NCBI GenBank assembly: GCA_951406725.2
Contig: OX597836.1
Coordinates: 33,356,001-33,420,000, forward strand
Reading direction: 5' to 3'
Source of the DNA: Octopus vulgaris
Lineage: Eukaryota
Length of the DNA: 64,000 nt
Part shown: positions 12,965 through 25,576 of the stretch, in pieces
How positions within the stretch are numbered: the first letter of the stretch is position 1
How the letters are laid out: every line of letters begins with the position of its first letter
The notes under the pieces: model-generated
The model's database searches: none
Told to the model about the DNA's origin: nothing
Seen by the model: only the letters and a program-made list of their open reading frames with translations
Made by a program: the position numbers and the translations under genes

Positions 12965-13527
12965 ATAATTAAATATTAATAATAATAATAATAATAATGA
13001 TAATAATAATAATGATGATAATAATAATAATGATAATAATAATAATGATGATAATAATAATAATGATGATAATAATAAATATATAACAAGAATCCTGATT
13101 GCTAAGGAGCATGGTCAAGAGTGTCTTCAACCTCTAGTCAACGATTCTTATCAGGCAAAGGGTGTGGTCACAGACGTGTCTTCTTCATAACAAGAACAAG
13201 CGTGCGCACACACTCTTTATTTATAAGTGGCCACTACAAATAATGAAAGATTTGAACATTTTTCTTTTCTAAATGGTCAGAAAACGAGACGAGAGAGGTG
13301 GACATCATTTGCCGAGGAAACTACTAAGTGGTTGCATGACATGCCAGAAACAGCAGTCGAATTTCCCGACTAGTCTTAAAACTAGAACGACACTGTGGAT
13401 AACGTAATCCCAATTACATGTAACCATATCTGAAAATAAAAACGGGTTGGTCACGACTGGAACGCTTTTTGATCGAAGATCTACTTTATTAAGTAAAAAT
13501 GACCCGAGCTTAAACAACAGTAACAGT

Positions 13528-13581
13528 TGACCTCGTAACAGATCAAAAAGACAATGACCTCGTAACAGATCAAAAAGACAA
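13528..13581 (+). repeat. 27-bp perfect tandem duplication
   Basis: TGACCTCGTAACAGATCAAAAAGACAA x2. Confidence 0.9.
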
Positions 13582-13818
13582 TCTCAACGGGGCTGCATAT
13601 TGTTAATCACGGCTTAATGTACTCTCGTTATTTAAGATGCGATTTCGTGTACAGACTCCTTCGTGAGCTCCAGAGTGAAGAACAAATACGAGGATCCTTT
13701 ACGATTAACATGCAGTTTAGTGTCGTTAAACCAGATATGACGACGGTGAAACCCAATAATTTCGTTATATGTATGTAACATGAAACAATGCACAAAAAGG
13801 AACATAGTTTTTTTTTCT

Positions 13819-14143
13819 AGGCGTGACTGTGTGGTAAGAAGCTTTGCTGAACCAACAGCATGGTTCAGGGTTCAGTCTCCCTGCGAGGCACCTTGGTCAA
13901 CTGTCTTCTGCTATAGCCTCTGGCCGACCAAAGCCTTGTGAGTGGAATTGGTAGACGGAAACTAAAAGAAGCCTGCCGTTATGTGTGTCTTTCTGTCTGT
14001 GTTTGTCTCTCACTACCACTTGACACCGGTGCTGGTGTTTGCGTCTCCGTAACTTAGCGGTTCGGCAAAACAGATGATGGAATAAATACTAGGGTTAAAA
14101 ATAAAATCCTGGGGTCGATTAAAACTTTTCAAGGTTGTGCCCT
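13819..14143 (+). mobile_element. SINE family A, diverged
   Basis: Match to family blocks. Confidence 0.82.
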
Positions 14144-14272
14144 AAGCTTCTTATTTCTTATTCCTTTATTGCCCACAAGGAGCTAAACACAGAGAGGACA
14201 AACAAGGACAAACGGATTAAGTCGATTACCGACTCCAGCAGTGCCAGACAGCGCATGTACTATAATATTTAA

Positions 14273-14534
14273 CCCTTTCGTTTACTGTATTTATTTTGAG
14301 ATGCTCTGTAGTTCTTTCAATTACTTTAAATATAACAAACAATTTAGTAAAATTAGTTATCATTAACATAGTGGCTGTGTGGTAAGTAGCTTGCTAACCA
14401 ACCACATGGTTCCGGGTTCAGTCCCACTGCGTGGCATCTTGGGCAAGTGTCTTCTACTATAGCCCCGGGCCGACCAATGCCTTGCGAGCGGATTTGGTAG
14501 ACGGAAACTGAAAGAAGCCTGTCGTATATATGTG

Positions 14535-14567
<33 letters not shown>

Positions 14568-14885
14568 TTGTCCCCCTAGCATTGCTTGACAACCGATGCT
14601 GGTGTGTTTACGTCTCCATCACTTAGCGGTTCGGCAAAAGAGACCAATAGAATAAGTACTGGGCTTACAAAGAATAAGTCCCGGGGTCGATTTGCTCGAC
14701 TAAAGGCGGTGCTCCAGCATGGCCGCAGTCAAATGACTGAAACAAGTAAAAGAGTAAAGAGTATAGTGTTAGGAACATAAATTGTGACTAAGGTTTGGTG
14801 GAAGATTTTAATTCAGAACTTATGAAAACAAGACATTTTTACTACAGAGTCAGAGGCGGTTTCAGTCAGGTTGGTATCGAACGGG
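14273..14885. mobile_element. piggyBac-like non-autonomous element with nested SINE A
   Basis: TTAA-CCCTTTCG ... CGAACGGG-TTAA ends; SINE occupies 14370-14761. Confidence 0.7.
14370..14761 (+). mobile_element. SINE family A
   Basis: Near full length. Confidence 0.92.
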
Positions 14886-14989
14886 TTAAATAAAATGGAT
14901 ATTTTTTTTTTCCATTTCCAAGTTTTCTTTTCTCCAGACAACCGTGCCTACGGCTTACATTGTCAATAAAAGGAACAAGAAAGGGCAAT

Positions 14990-15025
<36 letters not shown>

Positions 15026-15479
15026 TCACACACACATACAAAGGAGCCATCAAAAAGCCGTAGTACAAGCAGTTTGTCAAGTGGACTGAGCCGAATGCCA
15101 AAGTGTCAAGAGCCAAAGAATCGTTTTATGACGACGATAAGGTTTATGATAATGATCGCTTGTATTGGGCAGAAGAAAAAAAAGAAAAAACAAAAACAAA
15201 AAACCCGAAGTCTGTTGTCATAAAAAGTTTGTCGTACAAATGGATGTGTGGTCGATTTAATCGTCCTGGGTACTTGACAGCTACTTAGTTTTCAACTGAC
15301 ACCGGAAGAAGAAAAGACAGTGTGGTCATCACCCCTGGTAGAACTTGAACTTTCGCCGTAAAGGGACATAACTAAATAACACTGAGCAACTTGGCACTTC
15401 CGTTTCCGCCACTTAATCACGCGCGTGTGATTTCTTACGTAGGTAGTGTACAAGACCGGGTTAATAATCCTCTATAATG

Positions 15480-16137
15480 TCGATCTGCCCGAAACCGCCC
15501 TTGGCTCTATAATACGAGTTTCCTGCGATAAAGGATCTAAATAAAAACTTTCAATCAACATTTTATATTTATTTAGGGGGATCTTTTCGGTTTGAACGGC
15601 AGTTTTTAACATAATTTCTAGGTAACTAAAAAATTTTTAACTTCGTATACTGGTAGAATGTGTTTATAAAAGATCTTTTTCTCTTGGCTTTATTGAGAAA
15701 ATTCTATAGGTTGTAAGATTTGTTTTTTTCTTCAATTTCTGCAATTTCAACTAATCACTGACGTCCATTGAGGTAAAAAAAACATTCTGTGCCGTATGAA
15801 TATGTCCCTCGTTTAAGAAACAGATTGGGTTTATTGACATTTGTGAAGAAAAAAGATACCCTTCCCCCCACCCCTAACCCTAACACAGATTGAAATGCAA
15901 TAGATCGATACTAGGGTCATAATTATGGGTGACAATTTCATATGACACCGCTAGAAAAACTGCCGTTCAAACCGAAAAGATCCAATGATTTAAATCAAAA
16001 CTTTCCATCATTTTATATTTATTTAGGGTTCGGATTAAAGCAAAGCTATTTCAATAAATTCATTATTCTTAAAAATTAATTGAAATAATTAATGGTTAGT
16101 GTATTTCAAGAGAGATAAGGTAAATAAAAGGGTTCAC
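15480..16137. mobile_element. Diverged inverted relative of the piggyBac-like element, split by a MITE
   Basis: GAAACCGCCCTTGGCTCTAT matches the reverse complement of 14843-14863; ends AAAGGG-TTCA. Confidence 0.45.
15579..15983. mobile_element. MITE with 29-bp TIRs GGATCTTTTCGGTTTGAACGGCAGTTTTT
   Basis: Perfect TIRs; second copy at 23735-24153; internal CCCTAACCCTAA. Confidence 0.9.
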
Positions 16138-16560
16138 GTGCAGTTTACGATGACAAAAAGAAAAAGTGAAAGTAAAATGCGATCGAAACCGGAATTGACA
16201 AGGGACGTCCCAAAATTCCAAACGAAGAACCAACTCCCTACCTACAAATCTAGTATTTTCTGATGACATGTTAAAGTATTTCAAAAGTAGCCACTGAACT
16301 ACGCCCAGCAAAGAGCACCACTAAAAAGTGTAGTTTGATTTCAGCTTGGAGGATATTTCCACAGACCGTATTTATGTGGATAACATGTGTAGAGGGGTTT
16401 GTGTAAGTATGTTTATATTTTGGTTATTCCACTCCTTCGACCGTGACCAGGCTGGGGCACCGCCTCGAAGCGTTTTAATCAAACGGATCGACTCTCAGCA
16501 CAATTCGTTTTTAAAGCCTGGTACATATTTTATCGGCCTCTTTTTACCGAAAGTAAACAG

Positions 16561-16955
16561 ACACAGGAGTGGCTGTGTGGTAAGCAGCTTGCTTACCAAC
16601 CACATGGTTCCGGGTTCAGTCCCACTGCGTGGCATCTTGGGCAAGTGTCTTCTACTATAGCCTCGGGCCGACCAAAGCCTTGTGAGTGGATTTGGTAGAC
16701 GGAAACTGAAAGAAGCCTGTCGTATATATGTATATATATGTGTGCGTGTGTGTTTGTGCGTCTGTGTTTGTCCCCCCACCATCGCTTGACAACCGATGCT
16801 GGTGTGTTTACGTCCCCGTCACTTAGCGGTTCGGCAAAAAGAGACCGATAGAATAAGTACTGGGCTTACAAAGAATAAGTCCCGGGGTCGAGTTGCTCGA
16901 CTAAAGGCGGTGCTCCAGCATGGCCGCAGTCAAATGACTGAAACAAGTAAAAGAG
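16561..16955 (+). mobile_element. SINE family A inserted in an older minus-strand SINE A (16420-16560 and 16957-17140)
   Basis: Full copy flanked by complementary halves of an older copy. Confidence 0.88.
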
Positions 16956-17841
16956 ACCAGCAACAGTTGTCAAGCAATGGTGAGGTACAACGGTACAAAC
17001 ATACATACACACACACACACACGTATATATGAAGGGCTTCTTTCAGTTTCCGCCTGTCACAAGGCTCTGGTAGGCTCGAGGTTATTGTAGAAGATACTTG
17101 CACAAGGAGTCAGGTTAGTGGCATTGAACCCGGAACCATCACGCGTTTATGAGACGTCATTTTACCGGCCCACTTGAGTTAATTTTCCATTTTGCTATAT
17201 AGACAACGGAAAGAGAGAGCGAGAGGGAAGGCGGGAGAGACAGAGACGGAGGGAGAGAGGGAATGATGAAGAGAGCTCGACAGGGCTAGTACTATACAAC
17301 ATCCAAAACAAAGAAACAGAAAACGAAAAGAAAAAATAAAAGACAGAAACACAAAAACGGAATAACAAACCCAGACGAGACGAAACGAAACGAATAGCGC
17401 GGCTGGCCGGGCCGGCCGGCTTTTTATTTCGTTCAACACGAGCCTCGGTTTTTGAAGAGGTACGAAAAACGATGACAGCTAAACGAGAAGAAAAGGAAGG
17501 ACATCCAAGTAAACAAAGAATAAACATTAACGATGCGAAAGAAGAGGAGGTGGGGGGAGGAGAAGAAGCTGAGGAGGAGGAGGAGGAAGAGAAATAAAAA
17601 GTGGCCGAAATCTCAAGCGAAATCTCTTTTCTCTCTCTCTCTCTCTCTGAACAAGAAGGCATGACAAACGGACATTAACAGTCTACTTTGTTTGGACATA
17701 AAAAGATCGAGGAAAATTTTTTTTCTTTTTTGCTGCAAACTATAATAGACCAGACTGGGTAAACATGCAAACATACTTTGCACGTATGTTATCAAAGACA
17801 GACGCACAGACGTGTGTGCGTGTATATAAATATATATATAT

Positions 17842-18059
17842 CTTTTCTACTTGTTTCAGTCATTTTGACTGTGGCCATGTTGGAGCACCGCCTTTAGTCG
17901 AGCAAATCGACTCCCCAGGATTTATTCTTAGTAAGCCTAGTACTTATTCTATCTGTCTCTTGCCGAAACCGCTAAGTCACGGGTACGTAAACACACCGGC
18001 ATCGGTTGTCAAGCGATGTTGGGGGGGGGGGGGACAAACACAGACATACAAACACACAC

Positions 18060-18105
<46 letters not shown>

Positions 18106-18272
18106 GACGGGCTTCTTTCAGTTTCCGTCTACCAAATCCACTCACAAAGGCTTTGGTCGGCCCGAGGCTATAGTAGAAGAAAGACACTTGCCCAAGATGC
18201 CACGCAGTGAGACTGAACCCGGAACCATGTGGTTGGTTAGCAAGCTACTTACCACACAGCCACTCCTACGCC
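17842..18272 (-). mobile_element. SINE family A
   Basis: Full length. Confidence 0.92.
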
Positions 18273-18499
18273 TATATTGTGAATGTGTGTGTATAAGCGC
18301 AGACATGGCAGTGTCGTAAAAAACAAAATATGCTTCCCAGCAACATGGTTCAGGGTTCATTTACACAGCGTGGCACCTTGGGCAAGTGTCTTTCTTCTAC
18401 AATAGCCGAGGCCGTGTGAAGGAAACGATGACCAACCGAATGGTTCCGAGTTCAGTATAGATAGATAGATAGAATATATATATATATATATATAGATAT

Positions 18500-18542
<43 letters not shown>

Positions 18543-19045
18543 TATATATATATAATATATATATATATAATATATATATATATATAGAGGTAGATAGAGA
18601 GGTATGCCCCAGGTAGATAGATAGATAATCAATAACATACGACAAAATCAAATACACACACACAAAACCCAATAAAAGTCTGAGGGACATGTATTGCTAA
18701 TATTATTAGGTGGACGCTCAAAGAAGGAAAGAAATTTTAAGGGGGACGGCAAAGCGTAAAACATTTCGGACACACATATAAAAATAACTGTACATAGGCG
18801 GAGGCAAAGAATGCACACACCACCTGTTATCGGCGTAACAAAAACCCTAACGCTAAACATTGGGTGTGCGTATTCTTTACCTTCGCCATATATATATATA
18901 TATATATATTTCTTTACTACCCACAAGGGGCTAAACACAGACGGGACAAATAAGGACAGACAAACGGATTAAGTCGATTACATCGACCCCAGTATATATA
19001 TACAGGATGAAGAATATCCATATATACACACACACACCACACATA

Positions 19046-19265
19046 CAAGGGGTGCTGAAAAGTTCCTGGCTCTAAAAGGGTGCCGCTAAAGGGCCTGGTT
19101 GGTGGAGCAACCTTCCGAGTTCTTTTACAGGGCTTAGAAAAACTGAAGGACGGCTGCAATAAGTGTGTGAATCTGAGAGGGGAATATGTTGAATGCAATC
19201 ATAATTAAATTGATCCTCCTGTATTTTCTTTTATCCAAAACTTGGAACATTTCAGCACTCACTCA
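19046..19265 (+). mobile_element. Non-autonomous mariner derivative
   Basis: TA-flanked imperfect TIRs GTGCTGAAAAGTTCC/GGAACATTTCAGCAC; encodes GLEKLKDGCNKCVNLRGEYVE, a mariner transposase C-terminus. Confidence 0.8.
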
Positions 19266-19294
19266 TATATATATATATATATACACATACACAC

Positions 19295-19456
19295 GTTTTT
19301 TTTCTCTCACTTGTTTTCTGTGTCCCTTTCTGCAGAAGAGCATAGGCTCGAAACGTAAAAGACTCTTTATATTCCTGAGCGTTATACTAATACATCTGTT
19401 TTGTTTTCTACACCACCTGTCTCCGTCTTTTGTTGTTTTCTTCGTAAACTCTCCCT
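19295..19456 (+). mobile_element. Family P1 element with hammerhead-like motif at 19326-19361
   Basis: CTTT-CTGCAGA-A-GAGC ATAG GCTC-GAAAC-GTA-AAAG; ends in (TA)n. Confidence 0.6.
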
Positions 19457-20129
19457 ATATATATATATATATCAAGAAATATATAAGTACATATAACTGA
19501 AAGCAGAAGAAATTAATATGTGCGTGTGTTCTATGTATGTATATATGTATGTATGTATGTATGTGTTGTATAGGTTTCGTTTTTTGCTTGGAGTCGCTGT
19601 CTGTTGTCTGCTTGCTTGCCGAGTATAAAAAGGTCAACCTCATAGATGTATCACATTTACTCCTAAGATCAAGTTCACCAATAGCAAACCAAGATTGAGA
19701 ACGTACTTCCGGTACCTTTTAAATATTTATCTGTAACGATATACGGCGTCTACGAAAAGGGGGGATACCCCCAGACATAATCGCACAATATATACAAAAT
19801 AAAGACCTGTGCGTAACATAATTAGATAAATACTTCTTCAATATCTCTATTAACGGCTAGTTTAGCAATAGAAATGAAACGAAAATAATATAAGCAATGT
19901 AAAAGATATAACCGGCTCTCTACGTACAAACCGTCCAAGTTCAAAATACTTCTGGTCCCCACACTGCTATTTCATTAAAAAATATTTAATATCTTAATAA
20001 TAGAAAATGAGAGCGACAGAAAGAGAGAGAGAGAGGAAGAGATTTACAACGTTGTCGAATGCATGCTTCCAAGACCCAGTTTGGTCCTGGTTGAGCGTAC
20101 CGCCAGGATCATTCAGCCAAATTTTTCTC

Positions 20130-20735
20130 CCCAACCACATGGTTTCGGGTTCAGTCCTACTGCGTGGCACCTTGGGCAAGTGTCTTCTTATTTCTTTATT
20201 GCCCAACACGGGGCTAAACATAGAGGGGACAAACAAGGACAGACAAAGGGATTAAGTCGATTACATCGACCCCAGTGCCGAAGAGCTTGGGTAGCTGTCC
20301 AAGAATTTGGACTTGGAGATCTCCATTTCCAGCGACTTCGAGGGCCACCTCTCAGTGGTGTCGGGCGTCAACGAAGGGCCCTCGACTTCAACAAGACGAC
20401 CAAAGTTTTCATTTCCAAGGTATGGGGTCTCCTGCCCCTAAGCCCTAGACCATCACCTAATCACCCTTACCCGTCTTGTTGCTTAACAACAACAACAACA
20501 AGACCATGGGCAGGTGTCTTCTACTATAGCCTCGGGCCGACCGAAGCCTTGTGAGTGGATTTGGTAGCTGGAAACTGAATGAAGCCCGTCGTGTATATAT
20601 ATATGTGTGTGTGTGTTTCTGTGTACCTCACCACCGCTTGACGCGTTACATCCCCTTAACTTAGGGGTTCAGCAAAAGAGACCAACAATAAGTACCGGTT
20701 TAAAAAAGAAGTATTGGGGTCGATTTATTCGACTA
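20130..20735. mobile_element. Nested SINE A / SINE B tail / unknown (AAC)n-ended segment
   Basis: A head 20130-20188; B tail (-) 20186-20278; GC-richer 20280-20500 ending in AAC repeats; A resumes at 20505. Confidence 0.6.
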
Positions 20736-20970
20736 AAAATTCAAAGTGTGATTTCGTACATAGAGGTCGGGTTGCAATTTCTTGCAAGTCAAACGACCAC
20801 AGAGGACTCCCCACCATCCTACTTGCAGCTCACGATGAAAATGATGTTATTGCTGGTGATGGAGAGGGAGCATGAAGAAAGAAGGGAGGAGAGAGAGATA
20901 GATAGAGGGGGGAAAGGGACAGAGAAAAGGCGGGAAAGCTACCGATTGTGGTTGTTGCTGATAAATTGAT

Positions 20971-21102
20971 GGCCGAGGTCGACTTTGCCTTTCATCCTTT
21001 CGGGGTCAATAAATTAAGTACCAGTTACGCACTGGGGTCGATATAATCGACTTAATACCTATGTCTGTCCTTGTTTATCCCCTTGTGGGTAATAAAGAAA
21101 TA
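20971..21102 (+). mobile_element. SINE family B, 5'-truncated
   Basis: GCCGAGGTCGACTTTGCCTTTCATCCTTTCGGGGTC... Confidence 0.85.
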
Positions 21103-21159
21103 GGTAGTTAGGGGTAATGGGTTAGGTTAGAGGTAACCAAACGATAACACAGGAAATTC

Positions 21160-21607
21160 GACAGCGAGTAAGCTTGAGTGGCTCAAGTCAGCGCCAGAAG
21201 AAAAACGACCATTTTCTGGATCCAAGACGTAAGCTGTTCTTCCATCAGGACAATTGTTCGGCCACATACAGCGAGGATGACATTCGAAAGGCTGGAGCAG
21301 TTTGAATGGGAAACGATGCCCCACCCACCAACCATTGCCTCATCCGATTATCATTTATTCCGAAGTCTTCAAAATTATTTGGACAGAAAAAAAATATGAA
21401 TTCTGTAGACGAGGTAAGAACAGTACTGGAGGAGTATTTTCCGTCACAGACAAGTGAATTTTGGAAGAAGGGTCTCGCAAGTCTACCGGATCAATGGAAG
21501 AACATTGTAGAAAATGAAGGAGAGTATATTTTAGATAAAAAAAAAAAAGAACTTTATCTTAATTTTGAAAAATAAAAGTATAAAAGCCCGCATTATTTAC
21601 GGGATGA

Positions 21608-21611
<4 letters not shown>
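21160..21611 (+). pseudogene. Mariner transposase 3' remnant with right TIR
   Basis: FHQDN/RPHTA...WETMPHPP(T)IASSDYHLFRSLQN...EFWKKGLASLPDQWKNIVENEGEY across frameshifts; the YSPDL motif is partly deleted; ends CGCATTATTTACGGGATGACCTA-TA. Confidence 0.9.
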
Positions 21612-21656
<45 letters not shown>

Positions 21657-21659
<3 letters not shown>

Positions 21660-21870
21660 TAAAACGGTAAGATAACAAAAGAAAGAAAGAGACCTCAATA
21701 TTATGTAAATAGAGGAAATTTATCAATACAATAATATGTTACATTACTCGATAGTCAAGATAAAACTCTGAGTTTCAGATGCCGAAGTGGGAATCCACGA
21801 CATCTCTTCGGTTATCTGGCTATATAGCCTTGACTATCTTGACTATCGAGTAATGTAACATATTATTGTA
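21657..21870 (-). mobile_element. Hammerhead-bearing element P4 with inverted terminal duplication
   Basis: TA-flanked; perfect 36-bp inverted repeat 21727-21762/21835-21870. Confidence 0.65.
21758..21817 (-). ncRNA. Hammerhead-like motif (variant core)
   Basis: Minus strand AGATAA-CCGAAGA-GATGTCG..CGGCATCT-GAAAC-TCAGA-GTT-TTATCT; 6-bp helix I. Confidence 0.55.
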
Positions 21871-22400
21871 TAGATATATATATCATCATCATCATCGTCG
21901 TTTAACGAACCAGATCCGCTTTCCATGCTAGCATGGAAAGCGGACGATATCGCTATCTGTCTCTCTATATGTGTGTTCGCGTCTTTATACATGTCTCTCT
22001 CTCTCTTTCTCTCTCCTTCCTTCTGTGTGTGTGTGTGTGTGTGTGTATTCTTACAAACGAATCAGCTGTCATTCAAGACGCTTGTATGTAAATACCAATC
22101 TAAGTTGTAAAAGGTCACATCTGAAGACTAGACTCACCGGAACTGTTTGTTGTTCCCTTCCATGCAACAGAATATTGTGCCATCACAACTAGCAGACATC
22201 CACCACTTATTATTATTATTATTATTATCTCCTCGGCATCAACCACCACCAAGTTTTCATTTACGTTTCCTTCATCTTTTTCCATCTTTTATCTTTCACA
22301 TTTTACTTGTTTCAGTCATTCGAGTGCAGCCATGCTGGGGTACCGCCCTAAAGGATTTAGTCGGACGAATCGAATCCACTGTTTATTATTATTATTATTA

Positions 22401-22530
22401 AGGCAGCGAGCTGGCAGAATCGTTAGCACGCCAGACGAAATGCTTAGCCGGATTTCGTCTGCCGCTACGTTCTGAGTTCAAATTCCGCCGAGGTCGACTT
22501 TGCCTTTCATCCTTACGGGGTCGATAAATT
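22401..22530 (+). mobile_element. SINE family B, 3'-truncated
   Basis: Head directly after (TTA)n. Confidence 0.88.
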
Positions 22531-22677
22531 TGTACCCGTATCTGTTAAATCGTGTTCTTCGCTGAATTTTCTTCCGATAATTATAATGTATACATGGTTT
22601 ACAACATGATACATTATAAGTATTTTAAGTGGGTTAATAACTATCAAACAGGCTCTGCTTTAAAAAAATGTATTAGT

Positions 22678-22972
22678 TTGAAGGCACTCTTTCGATATAA
22701 CTCGACAAAATCAAAACATTTCACTTCGGCTATTTCCGTGGGTTGTGGTATATAGATATAACGAAATTATACCAGCAATGTCTCTTTTTAAACGTGAAGA
22801 AAGAAAAAAAAGCCTTTGCATATTTGTTCTTACCTGTTTCATGTGTGTATGTAAAATCCGCAAATTTCCAATCAGAAAACAGAATCGAACTGTCTGTCAT
22901 TTGCTTCCACGGAAATACCCGAAGTGAAATGTTTTGATTTTGTCGTGTTATATCGAAAGAATGCCAATTTCA
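22678..22972. mobile_element. MITE-like element with ~60-bp imperfect TIRs
   Basis: CTTTCGATATAACTCGACAAAATCAAAACATTTCACTTCGG versus its reverse complement at ~22919-22959. Confidence 0.7.
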
Positions 22973-23014
22973 ATGTTAAATACAGTCGAGGTCTTTGCTT
23001 CTCATAGTTTATTT

Positions 23015-23422
23015 GGCGATCTTTCGTCTCTAGTAGACCTTTCCGTCGATTTCCGTAAAAAAAATTTTTTTTTCTTATATATGGGCTTGCGGGAACTTTT
23101 GAAGTAATATACATACATATACACATACACCGAGTAAAAAATTTCAGTTATCTCTTTCTTTCACACACACTAACAGAAGCACTTCACTTACACAACATAC
23201 TGTCTGTCTCCCACACCCCATCAAACACACACACGTACATCAATGCTTCCAATGCACGGTAACTTCAAAAGAACTTCCCTCGTCATACAATCGATTTCTC
23301 TTAGTCTCTTTCGCTCTCATTACTTCAAAAGTTCCCGCAAGCCCATATGTAAAAAAAAAAAAAATTTTTTACGGTTTTTTACGGAAATCGACGGAAAGGT
23401 CTACTAGAGACGAAAGATTGCC
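23015..23422. mobile_element. MITE with ~95-bp TIRs and 8-bp TSD (Merlin-like by termini)
   Basis: GGCGATCTTTCGTCTCTAGTAGACC... / ...GGTCTACTAGAGACGAAAGATTGCC; GTTTATTT at both 23007-23014 and 23423-23430. Confidence 0.85.
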
Positions 23423-23734
23423 GTTTATTTTTATACTCTAAGTATATATTTGAACTGTCTCACGAAAACGGGAAAATCCAGAAATCCAGGGAATTACCCA
23501 GTCGCAGGCTTGCCGGATAATTGGCCCTGTACTGTCTAATAATTTCCCTCGGAAATGACGTCCTGTCTAGCCAACCACATCGTTAGTGAAAACGCCTTTG
23601 CAGCCGCCAGCCAATAGCGATCCTCTCTTCCATCACTCTCCGCTACTGCTCTCAAGATCTTGAATCTACTCTACTCCCTTGTTTCGGCTGACGACCCTGC
23701 GTCAATTAGAATCGCAGTATTTATTCATTTTAAA

Positions 23735-24153
23735 GGATCTTTTCGGTTTGAACGGCAGTTTTTAACATAATTTCTAGGTAACTAAAAAAATTTTAAACTT
23801 CGTATACTGGTAGAATGTGTTTATAAAACATCTTTTTCTCTTGGCTTTATTGAGAAAATTCTATAGTTTGTAAGATATTTGTTGTTTTTTTCTTCTTCAA
23901 TTTCTGCAATTTCAACCAATCATTGACGTCTATTGAGGTAAAAAAAAACCATTCTGTGCCGTATGAATATGTCCCTCGTTTAAGAAACAGATTGGGTTTA
24001 TTTACATTTGTGAAGAAAAAAAAGATACCCTTCTCCCCACCTCTAACCCTAAAACAGATTGAAATGCAATAGATCGATACTAGGGTCATAATTATGGGTA
24101 ACAATTTCATATGACACCGCTAGAAAAAACTGCCGTTCAAACCGAAAAGATCC
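23735..24153. mobile_element. MITE, second copy of the GGATCTTTTCGG family
   Basis: Near-identical to 15579-15983, same orientation. Confidence 0.9.
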
Positions 24154-24936
24154 CAATAAAATCTTATGATATACATTAAATAGATCGAGGAAATTGAGTG
24201 GAGTTTCTATGTAGTCGGCTCACCTTGCTAGAAACAACAGCCAAATGACAACAGCATTATGGGTAATGAAGTCAGTCGGACACATTGCAAGTGTAATCTA
24301 AAAGGCGGGATAGGTACAGCTAGAATGTCGTTGATCTCACAAGTTCTGCTTGAACAAGATAGACCTCTTTTGAAGATTTGCTCTAATTTGTTTGTGTAAA
24401 GAAAATTTGAAAAAACAAAATATTCAAATCTGGAAAATTACAGAAAAAAAGTAAGGGTCACTCCACCCCCATTCCAATTTTTTTTTTGTTTTCTGCAGTA
24501 TCGTAAATATGCGATGTTTAAAAGCACACGCATCCGAAGAAATTATCGTTTTCGCAGAGGGTACTAGATTGAAATTCCGACTCTTGATCTCCAGGAAGGA
24601 CGGATCAATGTTTACGTTTACAGGTTGAAAATGAAATGAAATAAAGAGCCAGTTACCCATCCACCCATTCAGCTACCTATCTAAAAAAAAAAAAAAAAAA
24701 AAAAAAGACATAATTTGGGAGAAATATTAGTCTCTTAAATCAATCTGAGTACACGGCCGGTACTTTATTCTATCAATGTCGAATAAGATAATAGATGAAA
24801 GGCAGAGTTTAAACATGGCGTTATTAGAAGCCCATGAACCGGAACAAAGATTAAAGCTGTAATGATTCTAACAATCTATCGTCTCCCTCTCTCCCTACAC
24901 ACACACATATACATACATACAGACATATACATATAT

Positions 24937-25092
24937 GGAGTGGCTGTGTGGTAAGTAGCTTGCTTACCAACCACATGGTTCCGGGTTCGGTCCCACTGCG
25001 TGACACCTTGGGCAAGTGTCTTCTACTATAGCCTCGGGCCGACCAAAGCCTTGTGAGTGGATTTGGTAGACGGAAACTGAAAGAAGCCCGTC

Positions 25093-25155
<63 letters not shown>

Positions 25156-25360
25156 TGTGTGTGTTTGTCCCACTAGCATTGCTTGACAACCGATGCCGGT
25201 GTGTTTACGTCACCGTCACTTAGCGGTTCGGCAAAAGAGACCGATAGAATAAGTACTGGGCTTACAAAAAGAATAAGTCCCGGGGTCGAGTTGCTCGATC
25301 AAAGGCGGTGCTCCAGCATGGCCGCGGTCAAATGACTGAAACAAGTAAAAGAGTAAGAGT
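24937..25360 (+). mobile_element. SINE family A
   Basis: Near full length. Confidence 0.92.
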
Positions 25361-25394
25361 ATATATATATTGCCTGGTACCTTGAGCAAGTGCC

Positions 25395-25443
25395 ATCCCC
25401 GCCTGTCACGCGGGAGACCGGGGTTCGATTCCCCGCCGGGGAG
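25395..25443 (+). pseudogene. 5'-truncated tRNA-Asp(GTC)
   Basis: ATCCCCGCCT-GTC-ACGCGGGAGACCGGGGTTCGATTCCCCGCCGGGGAG gives the anticodon arm, T arm and 3' acceptor strand of animal tRNA-Asp; D arm and 5' acceptor strand missing; no CCA. Confidence 0.85.
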
Positions 25444-25514
25444 GCTTCCATAATTTTAAATGGCGGTGCCCAGCATGGCCACAGCTCATGAGCTGAAACT
25501 GGAAAAATCAAAAT

Positions 25515-25576
<62 letters not shown>

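Noticed and set aside
15872-15883. TAACCC telomeric repeats (also ~21107-21130 and ~24043-24052)
   Set aside because: Only about two units, inside transposon-derived or degenerate sequence; not an interstitial telomere.
17190-17640. Purine-rich region with GGCCGG repeats and GAG|GTACG as promoter or exon
   Set aside because: Low complexity and a weak donor; neither strand nor function can be supported.
20280-20500. Possible LINE C-terminal coding remnant
   Set aside because: Resemblance is too weak to call by eye; kept only as an unknown (AAC)n-ended segment.
24640-24706. AATAAA followed by A24 as a retrocopy end
   Set aside because: The signal is 37 nt from the A-tract, no TSD or coding homology is seen, and A-runs are common here.
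25395-25443. Functional tRNA-Asp gene
   Set aside because: The 5' acceptor strand and D arm/A box are absent.
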